Shown: positions 51,301 through 58,525 of the stretch, one piece after another
Layout of the letters: every line of letters starts with the position of its first letter
How positions within the stretch are numbered: the stretch's first letter is position 1
Assembly: GCA_963841435.1 (NCBI GenBank)
Contig: CAWJCS010000006.1
Coordinates: 896,001-960,000 of the forward strand
Length of the DNA: 64,000 nt
Source: an uncultured delta proteobacterium
GTDB lineage: Bacteria; Myxococcota_A; Polyangia; Polyangiales; Polyangiaceae
Direction: 5' to 3'
The notes under the pieces: model-generated
Database searches by the model: none
What the model was told of the DNA's origin: nothing
What the model saw: only the letters and a program-made list of their open reading frames with translations
Translations under genes and position numbers: made by a program

Positions 51301-53756
51301 GCGATCGCGTGGCCGCGCGAGAGCGCTTCGAGATGGCGCTGGATCTCGATCCGACACACCTGCCGACGCTGGCCGCGCTGCGCACGATCGCCATCGACGA
51401 ATCGGACTGGGATCGTGCGGCCCGCTACCTCGAGCAGGAGCAGGCGAACACTTCTTCGCCTCGCGCTCGCGCGAAGTTGCTCGTCGAGCTCGGCAAGCTA
51501 CGCGACGAGATGCTCGGTGAGCACGAAGGCGCCGTGCAGGCCTGGGAGCTCGCGATTCAGGCGGACGATGACTGCGAGGATGCCGCCCTGCCGCTCGTGC
51601 AGGAATACATCCGCGTCGAGCGTTGGGCAGACGCCGAGCCGCTCGCGGAGATGCTCGTCAAGAAGAGCAAGGGTAGGGATCGGCAGGAGCAGCACGTGCT
51701 GCAGAAGCTGCACGGGAAGGTGCTTTCCGCCCTCGGGACCTACGACCGAGCGCTCAAGGCCTACCAGGCCGCCAACCAGCTCGACGTCACCGACCAGGAG
51801 TCGATCCGCGGCATCGCGGACGTGGCCTACCAGCTGCAGGATTGGCCGAGCGCGCTCACCAATTACCAGAAGGTGCTCACGGCCCTCGGCGAGGACGAGG
51901 TCGAGCAGCGCACCGACGTGTACTTCCGGCTCGGCAACATCAAGCGCGAGCAGAACCAGCCGCGCCAGGCGATCAACAACTACGAGAAGGCGCTGGCGCT
52001 CAACTCCGAGCACCGCCCCACGCTCGAAGCGCTCGTCGATGTGTACGCGAAATCGAACGACTGGAAGCAGGTGGCCGCTTATCGACGACAGATCCTCGAT
52101 AGCGTGGTCGACGGTGACGAGCGCTTCACGATTCTCAACACCATCGGAGACATCTGGAGCGAGAAGGAACGGAACCCGCACAAGGCGATCGAGGCACTCG
52201 AGGAAGCGCGCGATCTTCGCCCCCAGGACCACGTTCTCTTGCACAAGCTGCTCGCGCTCTATCAGCAAGCGAGCGAGTGGCAGAGCATGATCGATACGCT
52301 GCAATCGATAGCCGAGCTCGAGGAGCGCCCCGAGATCAAGGCTCGCTACATCTTCACGCAAGCCCAGATCTGCCGCGACAAGCTCGAGGATCAGGATCGT
52401 GCCGTGGAGCTCTTCAACGACGCTCTCGACCTGAATCCGAGCTACCTCGAGGCTTTCGAACGCATCAACAAGATCCTCACGGGCCAGAAGAACTGGAAGC
52501 AGCTCGAGCGCTCCTACCGGAAGATGATTCACCGCATCGCCGGCAAGGGAAACACCGATCTCGAGCACACCCTGTGGCATCAGCTCGGCCTCATCTATCG
52601 CGACCGACTCGGTCAGGCGGAAACGGCCATCGAAGCGTTCAAGATGGCGAGCGTCACCAAGCCGGATTCCACCGTCATTCATCAGATCCTCGCCGAGCTC
52701 TACGAGGTCAACGAGCGGTGGGACGACGGCATCGCCGAGCAGCGCGTCTTGCTCGCCGCAGACCCGCTCTCGATCGACGCCTACCGTGCCCTCTACCGGC
52801 TCTATCTCCACAAGCAGTCGTACGACGAGGCCTGGTGCCTCGCGGCGGCGATGGCCTTCTTGCGCAAGGCGGACGAGGAGGAGACGCGCTTCTTCGACGA
52901 CTATCGCCCTCAGGGGATCCTGCCCGTCAAGGGGCGCCTGTCGAACGACCTCTGGCAGAGCTCGGTTTTCCACGCCGAGGAGAACCTCTACATCTCGAAG
53001 ATCTTCGAGATGATCGCACCGGCGGCGTTGCAGGCGAAGATCGCGCAGCTTCAGGGGCAGGGGAAGCTCCCGGTGCTCGACAAGCGCTTCCGGCAGGACC
53101 CCGCGACCTCGACTGTCACGTTCGCGAAGACGTTTGGTTGGGCGGCCCAGGTGCTCGGCATCCAGCCGCCGGACCTTTACGTGCGCAACGACGTGCCGGG
53201 CGCGATCGTCGCCGTCCCCGCGTCGCCGCCCGCGTCGGTCGCCGGTCAGACGGTGCTCACGGGCTTCCAGCCGCAAGAACTGACGTTCATGTGCGGCAAG
53301 CATCTGTCGCACTACCGCGGCGAGCACTACATCCGGACGCTGTTCCCGACGCAGGCCGAGCTCACCATCATGCTCTTCGCCGGCGTGATGATCGCCTCGC
53401 CGAACACGCCGATGCCGCAGGACATGGCCGCTCAGATCCGCGCGACGGCACAAGAGCTTGCCAAGCACATCCAGCCCGTGCAGCTCGAAGGCCTGAGGAT
53501 GGTGGTGAAGCGTTTCATCGACGAGGGCGCGAAGGCCAACATCAAGCGCTGGAATCAGTCCGTGGAGCTCACCGCATGCCGCGCGGGTCTCATCGTGTCG
53601 GGTGATCTCGAGGTCGCGAAGAAGATCCTGAGCGCCGAGCAGCAGCTTCCGGGTGATCTTTCGGCTGCGGACAAGATGAAGGAGCTCTTGCTCTATTCCG
53701 TGAGCGAAGAGTATTCGCTCGTGCGCAAGGCCCTCGGCGTCGCCGTCGCGGCCTGA
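42396..53756 (+). CDS. giant TPR protein, GltI/AgmK-like (3786 aa)
   Basis: Dozens of A...Y..VL..DP....AL..L..LY....W..L repeats; no signal peptide; location downstream of gltG. Confidence 0.85.
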   Translation: MDLEQRLKQLTSYHDWQGVVEALEQGVAAASDSGTKADLHLRLGRVLRVRFLQGVRALKHFQDAYKLNPALLEALAEARGIYWDLGKLNMVQKLLELQLKGTPDGPVRAALQRELGDVLCDLGEYDRAAEAYAKALQATSGDPGDLPEVLQDVQVGEREWQDRVSGILSAAHGSSDAAEKATLFMRASRLARRFAPTEVEGMLAQAYTANPADVRAAAIFEGFLTEQQRTGAILDTQKAALEATSDEQERAAAAYLFGSRWALRHQNLEVGAELVESSLRLDPTREEGFTFLRDVYGARGGDWDRVISLADELADRSNHGTNVAHLLAQAGLIAWKERGDLNKARRLFERLAVVDGKQPALQAFEAQIGESLRGDKPAEPATKSRRSKRPPKGEAKSDPQPEAASAPAAAAEPAPEEPVEAAAAPPDRPPAASATTPPEPEPEPDAPSQDDAVVTDLRAKLAQQSAAKRHHEYVKTLIALGDALADPVERVESYLAAADLYATKFANQAEAARAYEKVLEIEPTQEQAISYLREAYEKRRDWEKLIALMVREAETLTEGAERAAKFKEVALLATDKVKKPEVCIDLWAVVLANDAEDADALNSLAGLYERARDYEKLADVLTTLAELTYDTAQKVDVLNRLGQVTGDRLKDDERAVEAYRTLLTLQPDDRRAQEQLKKRYVTLGRWDDLEVFYAESGKWDEFIRVLESNETRATDEAQRISMLMKIAELWLTQKGKMDRAARSYEKVLSLDATNLAAAERLIPLYQNANNPKGLSQAIEVKLGHVGDGEERLALLREAATLYETRLNDKAKAFERYLSAFSLAPADPQSQADMERAAKASGGWEAVIEAYRAAIAGAAGAPVESELRLRLGRALVEEVARVDEALEEYRAVYESDPENETALSALEGLYRHSERWRDLLEVYGKKRDLARDAAERKRILYEIAGIHEQQLGDLESAIETHQAVLEDDPADEGSLAALDALYLSAKNWSQYVDVLRKRIDLSADDRLLIDLKHRLAGALHDHLHDPSGALENYREILFLDADHEGARLALEAMLAEKPLRAEAAAILEAIYEARADWDKLIGVLEILAKESDDLDRRVMLLRKIGATAATQLGRSDRAIEALAQAVQADPANMDSRGELEVLAQHAGAWDRLIEIYAAVASELSDAALARDYWLRLASIQEQLEKVVDAARSYERVLSLAPGDPEALQAIDALYRRTERWEDLVGVFRRRIELVEDAGEREALYGQMAQVYEDKLGKPDEAIQAYREVLALDPTSRVALDALDGLFTRRSSWAELAENLEVQLGLAESDDAQLRLMLRLAALREREMGDVESAVEGYRAVLDRDPTNAEALGALERLAGQEAYALTIAEILEPLYRSHGDHQKLIRVHEVQVLQTEDPQRRVELLHQIAALQEDAGGDPAAAFETMARALAVEPAHADTQQALERLARVTGRLLDLARVYEELAGKQADPELGSQLYAAAARIFDEDVPNVDRSIELYQHVLSIDPTNLQAAEALQALFQGAERYADMSVILQRKAGMLEDVEAQKDALYQAALLEEEVLDRSREAIAVYLKVLDSDAEDIRSIDALIKLYLSLSAWEELLGVYTKKVDLLFDPGEKKLILYQVGAVFERELTDVRRAIDTYQRVLELDPDDLTALSRLDVLYQSAENWNELLGVLTHEAELTQDPIEAVSYQYRIAELYERHLNDVERAVELYRETLNILPDHAPTLAALEGIKDGTRAPLAAASVLEPVYESIGEWGKLISVLEVQQRATDDPFVRVELLHRIARLYEESLVDPVHAFETYARAVGVDSQNEDSLGALERLAMLIERWPAVAALYDAELEKLGGDPTLFVDLGLRVAQVYEVQLENVDAAVSRYRKVLELDPENQSAVRSLDRLFTQTERWADLAEILKTEAEVGQSPDEILEFKHRLGQIYQTRLGDLDGAIDAYREVINAAPEHDDTVRALEALFESGVKRLEIGRILEPLYQASSEWEKLIRVREAELAHTTDPEERIGLYHKIAEDAEERLLDPVLAFNVHVRAVREAPLDERTGVEIERLASMLDGGWEPLANAYADVLGIEALDAATQAVVGKRLARVFEEELADVAKAEETYRYVLTISPQESEALGHLDRIYSSLEQWPELAGVLEQRALVADDTLEKVELYTRLGQVYEEHLGQVTDAVRAYRRIFDELEPANAFAIEALSRIYVQTENWQELQKVYERELDNAAGDVQEAEIRARMAHLAAERLSSVDTAIEGWKRVLDLRGEDPEALGALAGLYEQQGQWAELTDVLERHFDIAETDEDRVQVLVRRARLFAEQLNRDGEALETWQRVLDIDFSNVAALRAVANVWRTRQDPNELVAALHATIDRAAALLEPEELREVYRELGRTYGGVLEQPFEAAEAWRHLLDVDAGDFEAMAELEKIYRMDQRWPDVVNVKMQRADALAEPAEKIRELLEVGEIWKTEVHDDDQATPAFEKILSVDPGHTDAFEALERLHNAAERWEPLIELYLGRLDSRETVEEKSDLLRRIAHVFEEKLSDKNQAFDALVNAFSEDFSDDETARFLERTAQATGRWSELINSANAWLQEQEDGKKRIQLCLRLGKWYGEDLGHPEYAQPYYQQIMSLDPNNVQVLRQMAAIHRLGAQWQRVGETLQRALDVAVANDDRKIILVDLGELLEKNMGQSDQGIAYYKRALEVDSLYLPALTALERIYDERESHSELVQILASKVQALSDGEQIAATKLRMAGLYEQTLNEFERAGKVYREVLEVDSGNLVALRGLERVSERLQDWPELVGILERQLEVVETERERVEVLLKLAQIQEEHFLKFDLAAQRLEQALEISPAEERAYVALARCYRRLKQWLDLINAYERHISEAASVATKIEIYAAIAQVFSDEVGDVDRAIDAYRSIVDLDESNVAALDALSKLYEKQGDAAQAIDAMTRVADLTTDGSQRVDMYFRIGKALDEKLGDRVAARERFEMALDLDPTHLPTLAALRTIAIDESDWDRAARYLEQEQANTSSPRARAKLLVELGKLRDEMLGEHEGAVQAWELAIQADDDCEDAALPLVQEYIRVERWADAEPLAEMLVKKSKGRDRQEQHVLQKLHGKVLSALGTYDRALKAYQAANQLDVTDQESIRGIADVAYQLQDWPSALTNYQKVLTALGEDEVEQRTDVYFRLGNIKREQNQPRQAINNYEKALALNSEHRPTLEALVDVYAKSNDWKQVAAYRRQILDSVVDGDERFTILNTIGDIWSEKERNPHKAIEALEEARDLRPQDHVLLHKLLALYQQASEWQSMIDTLQSIAELEERPEIKARYIFTQAQICRDKLEDQDRAVELFNDALDLNPSYLEAFERINKILTGQKNWKQLERSYRKMIHRIAGKGNTDLEHTLWHQLGLIYRDRLGQAETAIEAFKMASVTKPDSTVIHQILAELYEVNERWDDGIAEQRVLLAADPLSIDAYRALYRLYLHKQSYDEAWCLAAAMAFLRKADEEETRFFDDYRPQGILPVKGRLSNDLWQSSVFHAEENLYISKIFEMIAPAALQAKIAQLQGQGKLPVLDKRFRQDPATSTVTFAKTFGWAAQVLGIQPPDLYVRNDVPGAIVAVPASPPASVAGQTVLTGFQPQELTFMCGKHLSHYRGEHYIRTLFPTQAELTIMLFAGVMIASPNTPMPQDMAAQIRATAQELAKHIQPVQLEGLRMVVKRFIDEGAKANIKRWNQSVELTACRAGLIVSGDLEVAKKILSAEQQLPGDLSAADKMKELLLYSVSEEYSLVRKALGVAVAA

Positions 53757-53812
53757 GCGCGACGTGACCGAAACGGTTCTGCGACGAGGCGCGCCGAAGG
53801 GGCGCTCTCGCG

Positions 53813-54481
53813 TCACTTGCCGGGCGTATCGAACCCGATGCTGATGCCCATTACGAGCGACGCGCGGATGGTGCCCGTGCTCGAGCCCGACGCGAACAGG
53901 TGACCGAGCTCGAGCTCGACCCAGGGCCCGAGGCTCAGGTTGCTCGTCGCGTAGTAATCGCCGCCGAGGCCGAGGCGCAGCCACTCGACTCCCGAAAGGT
54001 CGGTCGTCGTGGTGCCGCGCGTCGCACGCGCCGTCCGATAGTCGATGCCGAGCAGGATCCAGGGATCGAAGCGCGTCCCCTGGACGACGTGGTAGCGGAC
54101 GAACGGCCCGATCGCGTAGGTGCGAGCGCTGCACGCGGGGCACGCCGAGGCGCCGCCGTGCGACAAGTACTGACCCCACACGCCGACAGCGACATCACGC
54201 GCGATGCCGTAGGCGGCGTCAACGTTCGCGCCGTAGCCGACACGAAGGTCGTGAGCGGGCAGGCGCTCGCCGAACCCGCCGAAGATGGTCGCGAGGCCGG
54301 GACTGACGCCGAGCGAGAGGTGCCCTGCGAGCAGGTCGGGTGCCGCAGGGACGTATGGTCGGTCCGGCTCACCGTCCGCTTCGGCGGGGTTGGGCGCCGT
54401 CGAAGCGGCTGGGGCCCCGAGCGCGTGCCCGACGGACGAGAGCACGAACAGGCCGAAGAGCGAGGAGAGAAGGGCACGCAT
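53813..54481 (-). CDS. outer membrane beta-barrel-like exported protein
   Basis: Signal peptide; alternating strands (GANVDAAYG, GPFVRYH, FDPWILLG, SLGPWVEL). Confidence 0.65.
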   Translation of the reverse strand: MRALLSSLFGLFVLSSVGHALGAPAASTAPNPAEADGEPDRPYVPAAPDLLAGHLSLGVSPGLATIFGGFGERLPAHDLRVGYGANVDAAYGIARDVAVGVWGQYLSHGGASACPACSARTYAIGPFVRYHVVQGTRFDPWILLGIDYRTARATRGTTTTDLSGVEWLRLGLGGDYYATSNLSLGPWVELELGHLFASGSSTGTIRASLVMGISIGFDTPGK

Positions 54482-54588
54482 GGGCGAGGAGGGTGGGGGA
54501 GCCTTACCACCGCCGAACGGCGCGTGAAAACCCCAAACGGCGCGCGCGGCCCACGCAACCGGCGCCACGCTCGGCCGATTTGCCCGGC

Positions 54589-55965
54589 GTGACCGACGAA
54601 CCCGCCTCGGACCGGACCGCGGACACGCTCGAGGTCGTGCGTTTGCCGACGCGCGCGGCCGTGGCGATCGACATTGGCGCGCCGGGCGAGCGCTTCAGCG
54701 TGGAGCTGACGGCGGGACGCGCCGTCGTGCTCGGCAGCGGGCGGGACGCCGACGTGCGCGTTCCGGACCGAACGGTGAGTGCGCGTCACTGCAGCGTGCG
54801 CGCCGACGCCGGGGGCGTGGAGGTCGTCAACCTCGGGTCCAAAAATGGACTCTTCGTGGGCGCGGCCCGTCTTTCGTCGGCGTGGCTCGTCGAAGACGGA
54901 GCAACGTTCGTGATCGGCACGACGAGCGTGACGACGCGTTCGCGCGCTCGACCCGATAGCGTCGCGCCCCCCAGCGTGCCCGGGCTCGTCGGCACCTCGC
55001 CGGCCATGCGGCGCGTTGCACGGCAGATCGCGTTGCACGCCAAGACTCGCGCGAGCGTTCTTTTCCAAGGAGAATCGGGCACCGGCAAGGACGTCGCGGC
55101 TCGCGCGTTGCACCTGCTCAGCGGGCGCAAGGGGCGCTACGTGCCGCTCAACGTCGGGGCCTTTCCCGACGCGCTTTTCGATGCGGAGCTCTTCGGCCAC
55201 CGCCGTGGCGCCTACACGGGCGCCGTCGCGAGCCGGCCCGGCGCCTTCGAACTCGCTCACGGTGGCACGTTGTTTCTCGACGAGGTCGCCGAGCTGACCG
55301 CGGCCGCGCAGGTCAAGTTGCTTCGAGTCGTCGAGGACGGTTGCGTGCGGCCGCTCGGTGCTTCACAGCCCGTTCAGGTCGACGTCCGAGTGGCGGCCGC
55401 GAGCTGGGCGTCGCTCGCCGAGCGTGCGTCACAACAGCGCTTCCGTCTGGATCTGTTCCACCGTCTGGCCACGGTCACCATCGTGCTGCCGCCGCTCCGG
55501 CAGCGCACGGGCGACATCCCCGCGCTTTCGCGCGAGCTCCTCGCACGCCTCGAGCCCGACGTCGGGCCCAAGCGCCTCACCGCATCGGCCTTCGCACGGC
55601 TCGCCGCGCATGCTTGGCCCGGCAACGTGCGCGAGCTCTCGGCTGCGCTCTATCGCGCGGCGGTGGCGGCTGGCGAGGAGATCGACGCCTGCCACCTCGA
55701 GCTGCCCGCGCCGCCGATGGGGCTGCCTGGACGCCCTGGTCCGAGCGATGCGCTCGAGCTCATTGCTCGCCACGGCTCCGTGAGTGGCGCGGCGCGCGCA
55801 GCAGGCATCCCGCGTAGCACGCTGCGCGCCTGGCTTTCGAAGGAGCGTCAGAATCGACCGACGACGTTGATCGAGCCCATGCCCGGGGCAAACTCGGGCA
55901 GGACCGCGAACCTGGGAACCGACGACGACGCGGAAGCGGACTCGTGCGGGGCCGTCGTGAAGTAG
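54589..55965 (+). CDS. FHA-domain sigma54-dependent enhancer-binding protein
   Basis: FHA (VSARH, GSKNG); GESGTGKD, ELFGH, GAYTGA, LFLDEV, WPGNVREL; C-terminal HTH; start inferred. Confidence 0.92.
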   Translation: MTDEPASDRTADTLEVVRLPTRAAVAIDIGAPGERFSVELTAGRAVVLGSGRDADVRVPDRTVSARHCSVRADAGGVEVVNLGSKNGLFVGAARLSSAWLVEDGATFVIGTTSVTTRSRARPDSVAPPSVPGLVGTSPAMRRVARQIALHAKTRASVLFQGESGTGKDVAARALHLLSGRKGRYVPLNVGAFPDALFDAELFGHRRGAYTGAVASRPGAFELAHGGTLFLDEVAELTAAAQVKLLRVVEDGCVRPLGASQPVQVDVRVAAASWASLAERASQQRFRLDLFHRLATVTIVLPPLRQRTGDIPALSRELLARLEPDVGPKRLTASAFARLAAHAWPGNVRELSAALYRAAVAAGEEIDACHLELPAPPMGLPGRPGPSDALELIARHGSVSGAARAAGIPRSTLRAWLSKERQNRPTTLIEPMPGANSGRTANLGTDDDAEADSCGAVVK

Positions 55966-57005
55966 AGCACGACCGTCGTCACCGCCAAAACGCCCGCGCC
56001 GATGCCGGACACGATGGCGAACGTCTTGAACGAATCACCCCGATCGACGCTGTTCTGGTGTTGCGAGCACGCGTCGTTGTATTGGGCAGCGCGCGCGGCG
56101 ATGTCCCCCATGTACATCGCCTGCGTCAGCACGAGCTTCGGATCGGTGCAGATGCCCCGCGTCGGAGCGCTGTCTTCGCGAGCGTGGTCCTCGATCTGCC
56201 GGCCGATGTCGTCGGCGTCGCTGTACGCGAGGCTAGAGACGATGGCGAATGCGCCGGCACCCAGCCCGAGCAACACGGTGGCGCCCGCGGGGATGACCCC
56301 GGCCGGCTTCGTGGTCACCCAGTGCAGAAATGGCTCGCGCCCACCCGAGGTGGCCTCCTCGGACGGCTCCTCGGAGTGGGTGCTCGAGGCTTTCTCCTCC
56401 GACGAGGGCGCGGCGCCGGTCGCGGCGACGGCGGGGGCCTCGGCCGCCAGGGAGACCCGAGTCTCCCTGGACTCGCCGGCCTTGATGCTGACGTTTTGAC
56501 TGGCCGAGCGCTCGCCCTTCCTCGCTTCGATGCCGTGGCTGCCGGGTTCCAGGTAGACGGGGCCGGGTAGCGGAGCGAGGCCCTGCATCGTTCCGTCGAT
56601 GACGATCTCGGCGCCGCTGTCCGCCACGACTGAAAGCTCCCCCACGCTGGCCTTGGCGGTGGTGAGCCCGGACTGGGCCGCCTCCCGCTCGGCAGGCGAC
56701 GCGTCCGTCGCTTCGCGCAGGTAGCTCGCGAAGTGCTCGGCGGCGTCACGTTCGTGGCTCGAGCGCAGCTCGCTCTGCGCCAGGTTGAGCAGCACGGCCG
56801 GGTGCTTCTTGAGCGCGTAGGCCTGGACGAACGCCGCACGCGCCTTCTCGTACTGTTTCTGGTCGAAGTAGCTCACGCCCTCTTTGAAGCGCTCGCGCGC
56901 GGCCGCCGTGGCGGTGGCGTCCTCCTCGGCACGGGCGTGGCTCGAAAGGGCGAGGCAGGCAGCGAGCACACACGCGCCAAGGGATCGACGGGGGGACTTC
57001 AACAC
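55848..57005 (-). CDS. exported TPR + PEGA domain protein with hydrophobic C-terminus
   Basis: Signal peptide ARA; TPR (ARERFKEGVSYF..AYAL..VLLNLAQ); PEGA (GAEIVIDG..PVYLEPGSH); two Gly-rich hydrophobic helices; terminal SINVVGRF. Confidence 0.85.
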   Translation of the reverse strand: MLKSPRRSLGACVLAACLALSSHARAEEDATATAAARERFKEGVSYFDQKQYEKARAAFVQAYALKKHPAVLLNLAQSELRSSHERDAAEHFASYLREATDASPAEREAAQSGLTTAKASVGELSVVADSGAEIVIDGTMQGLAPLPGPVYLEPGSHGIEARKGERSASQNVSIKAGESRETRVSLAAEAPAVAATGAAPSSEEKASSTHSEEPSEEATSGGREPFLHWVTTKPAGVIPAGATVLLGLGAGAFAIVSSLAYSDADDIGRQIEDHAREDSAPTRGICTDPKLVLTQAMYMGDIAARAAQYNDACSQHQNSVDRGDSFKTFAIVSGIGAGVLAVTTVVLYFTTAPHESASASSSVPRFAVLPEFAPGMGSINVVGRF

Positions 57006-57093
57006 GGCTCTCGAGAGTAGGCGACTCGACGGCCGGAGCGCTAGGGGAGCCTCGGGGCCGTGGTCGGTGCTCGGTGGGCGGTGGCGCAGATCA

Positions 57094-58452
57094 TCAGAAG
57101 GGGTTGTCACGGACAATGACGCTCGAGGCCTTGCCGGCCTTCGCGGACGAGCCGCTCGAGGGCTTGGAGGCGGTTGGTCTCGGTTTGGACGTGCGGCTTG
57201 GGCTCGAGGTCGTCCGGCGGGTGGACGCGACCTCGGGCTTTGCTTCGTCGCCCGCCGCCACTGCGGGCTCGGCGGAGGCGGGCCCGGCCGGAGTGACCTC
57301 GGGCTCCTCGGGCGCCAAGCTCGGCGCCTCCGGGGCCGCGCCGGGGCTCTCTGCCGCAGTGTCGGCAGCGGGGCCGGGGGGAGGCGGAGCGAGCGAGTCG
57401 GCAGCGGGTGCGCGGGCCTGCGGAGCAGGGGGCGCACCCATCCCGACGGCCTCGTCTGGGGGGGCTCCCTTGCCTCGCATCGCGAGCAGCGCGGCGCCCG
57501 CCATCCCGCCGAGCGCGACCACGAGGATCCCCACGACGAGCCCCGTGCGCCGCCGCGGCGGCCTGAACGCGAGCTCGTCGGTAGCGTTCGCGACGGGCGC
57601 TGCACGGACGGCGGGCATGCGCGTCATCGTCTGAGCGCTGCGAGCGCGATGGTGTGCTTCGAGCCGCGCCCGAGCTTCCGCCTCCATGCGCTGCACGTCC
57701 TCGGTGAGCAGCACCGGCGGCGCGTTCTGATCGGGCGGGGTGTACTTCTGACCGATGCCGCTCGGCTTCGATTCCGGTGGAAGCTCCTCGATGTCCACCG
57801 CCATGGGCGGCTCGGACCCCACCGCGGTGCGCGCGACCGCTGCCGGCGCTGCAGGCGGGGTGGGCATGGCTGCCGGGGCCACGGGCGAGGTCGTCTTCAC
57901 GCGGGAAACCGCCTCGGGAGCCGCGTGTGGCACGGTGGCCCTGAATGCGGGCGCGGCGGGCTCGGGCTCGGGGGCTCCCAGATCTTCGGCGGGCAGCTCC
58001 CAATCGAGATCGTCGCTCGTTGCCGGAGGGGCCGGGGCGCGCGCGGGAGAAGCTGCGGCGCCTTGCGGCGTCGCTAAAGGCCGCGCGCGTAGCGCATCCG
58101 GAGCGATCCCCACGAGCGTCGGACGGCGCACGGTCCCGGCTGGCTTTCCGGGCGTCGGTTGCGCCGGAGCGGCGGCGCTCGTCGCCGCGCCTCCGGGCGC
58201 TCCGAGTGGCGCGGTCTTCGAGAAGACGTTCGGCGCGGGAATCGGCGCGGCGGGCGTTGACGCTCCGGTGTTGCGTGCCGCGCCGGGTACCGCTCCGCCG
58301 ACGAGCGTCTGCTTCAGCGGGTGAAGCGGCGCCTGCTCCTGCCGCGCGGGTGGCTCCGGCTCCCAGCTCGGTCGAAATCGCTCTGAGAGGCGGTCCGCGT
58401 CCTCAGCCGACAGCGCCCCGGAAGCGGGCCGATTGGAGTTGCTTTCGGCCAT
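57094..58452 (-). CDS. Pro/Ala-rich single-pass membrane protein ending IVRDNPF
   Basis: Low-complexity N-terminus, RRRRTG then TM LVVGILVVALGGMAGAALL, Pro-rich tail. Confidence 0.7.
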   Translation of the reverse strand: MAESNSNRPASGALSAEDADRLSERFRPSWEPEPPARQEQAPLHPLKQTLVGGAVPGAARNTGASTPAAPIPAPNVFSKTAPLGAPGGAATSAAAPAQPTPGKPAGTVRRPTLVGIAPDALRARPLATPQGAAASPARAPAPPATSDDLDWELPAEDLGAPEPEPAAPAFRATVPHAAPEAVSRVKTTSPVAPAAMPTPPAAPAAVARTAVGSEPPMAVDIEELPPESKPSGIGQKYTPPDQNAPPVLLTEDVQRMEAEARARLEAHHRARSAQTMTRMPAVRAAPVANATDELAFRPPRRRTGLVVGILVVALGGMAGAALLAMRGKGAPPDEAVGMGAPPAPQARAPAADSLAPPPPGPAADTAAESPGAAPEAPSLAPEEPEVTPAGPASAEPAVAAGDEAKPEVASTRRTTSSPSRTSKPRPTASKPSSGSSAKAGKASSVIVRDNPF

Positions 58453-58525
58453 ACCGTCTTACCAAGGTACCATTGTGAGCCGGGTCGGCGCAAACGCGTC
58501 CACCCCATCGGGCAGGTAAAATAAG

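Noticed and set aside
55201-55230. GAYTGA instead of GAFTGA in the sigma54 activator
   Set aside because: Tyr at this position is a known natural variant; not evidence of a new mechanism.
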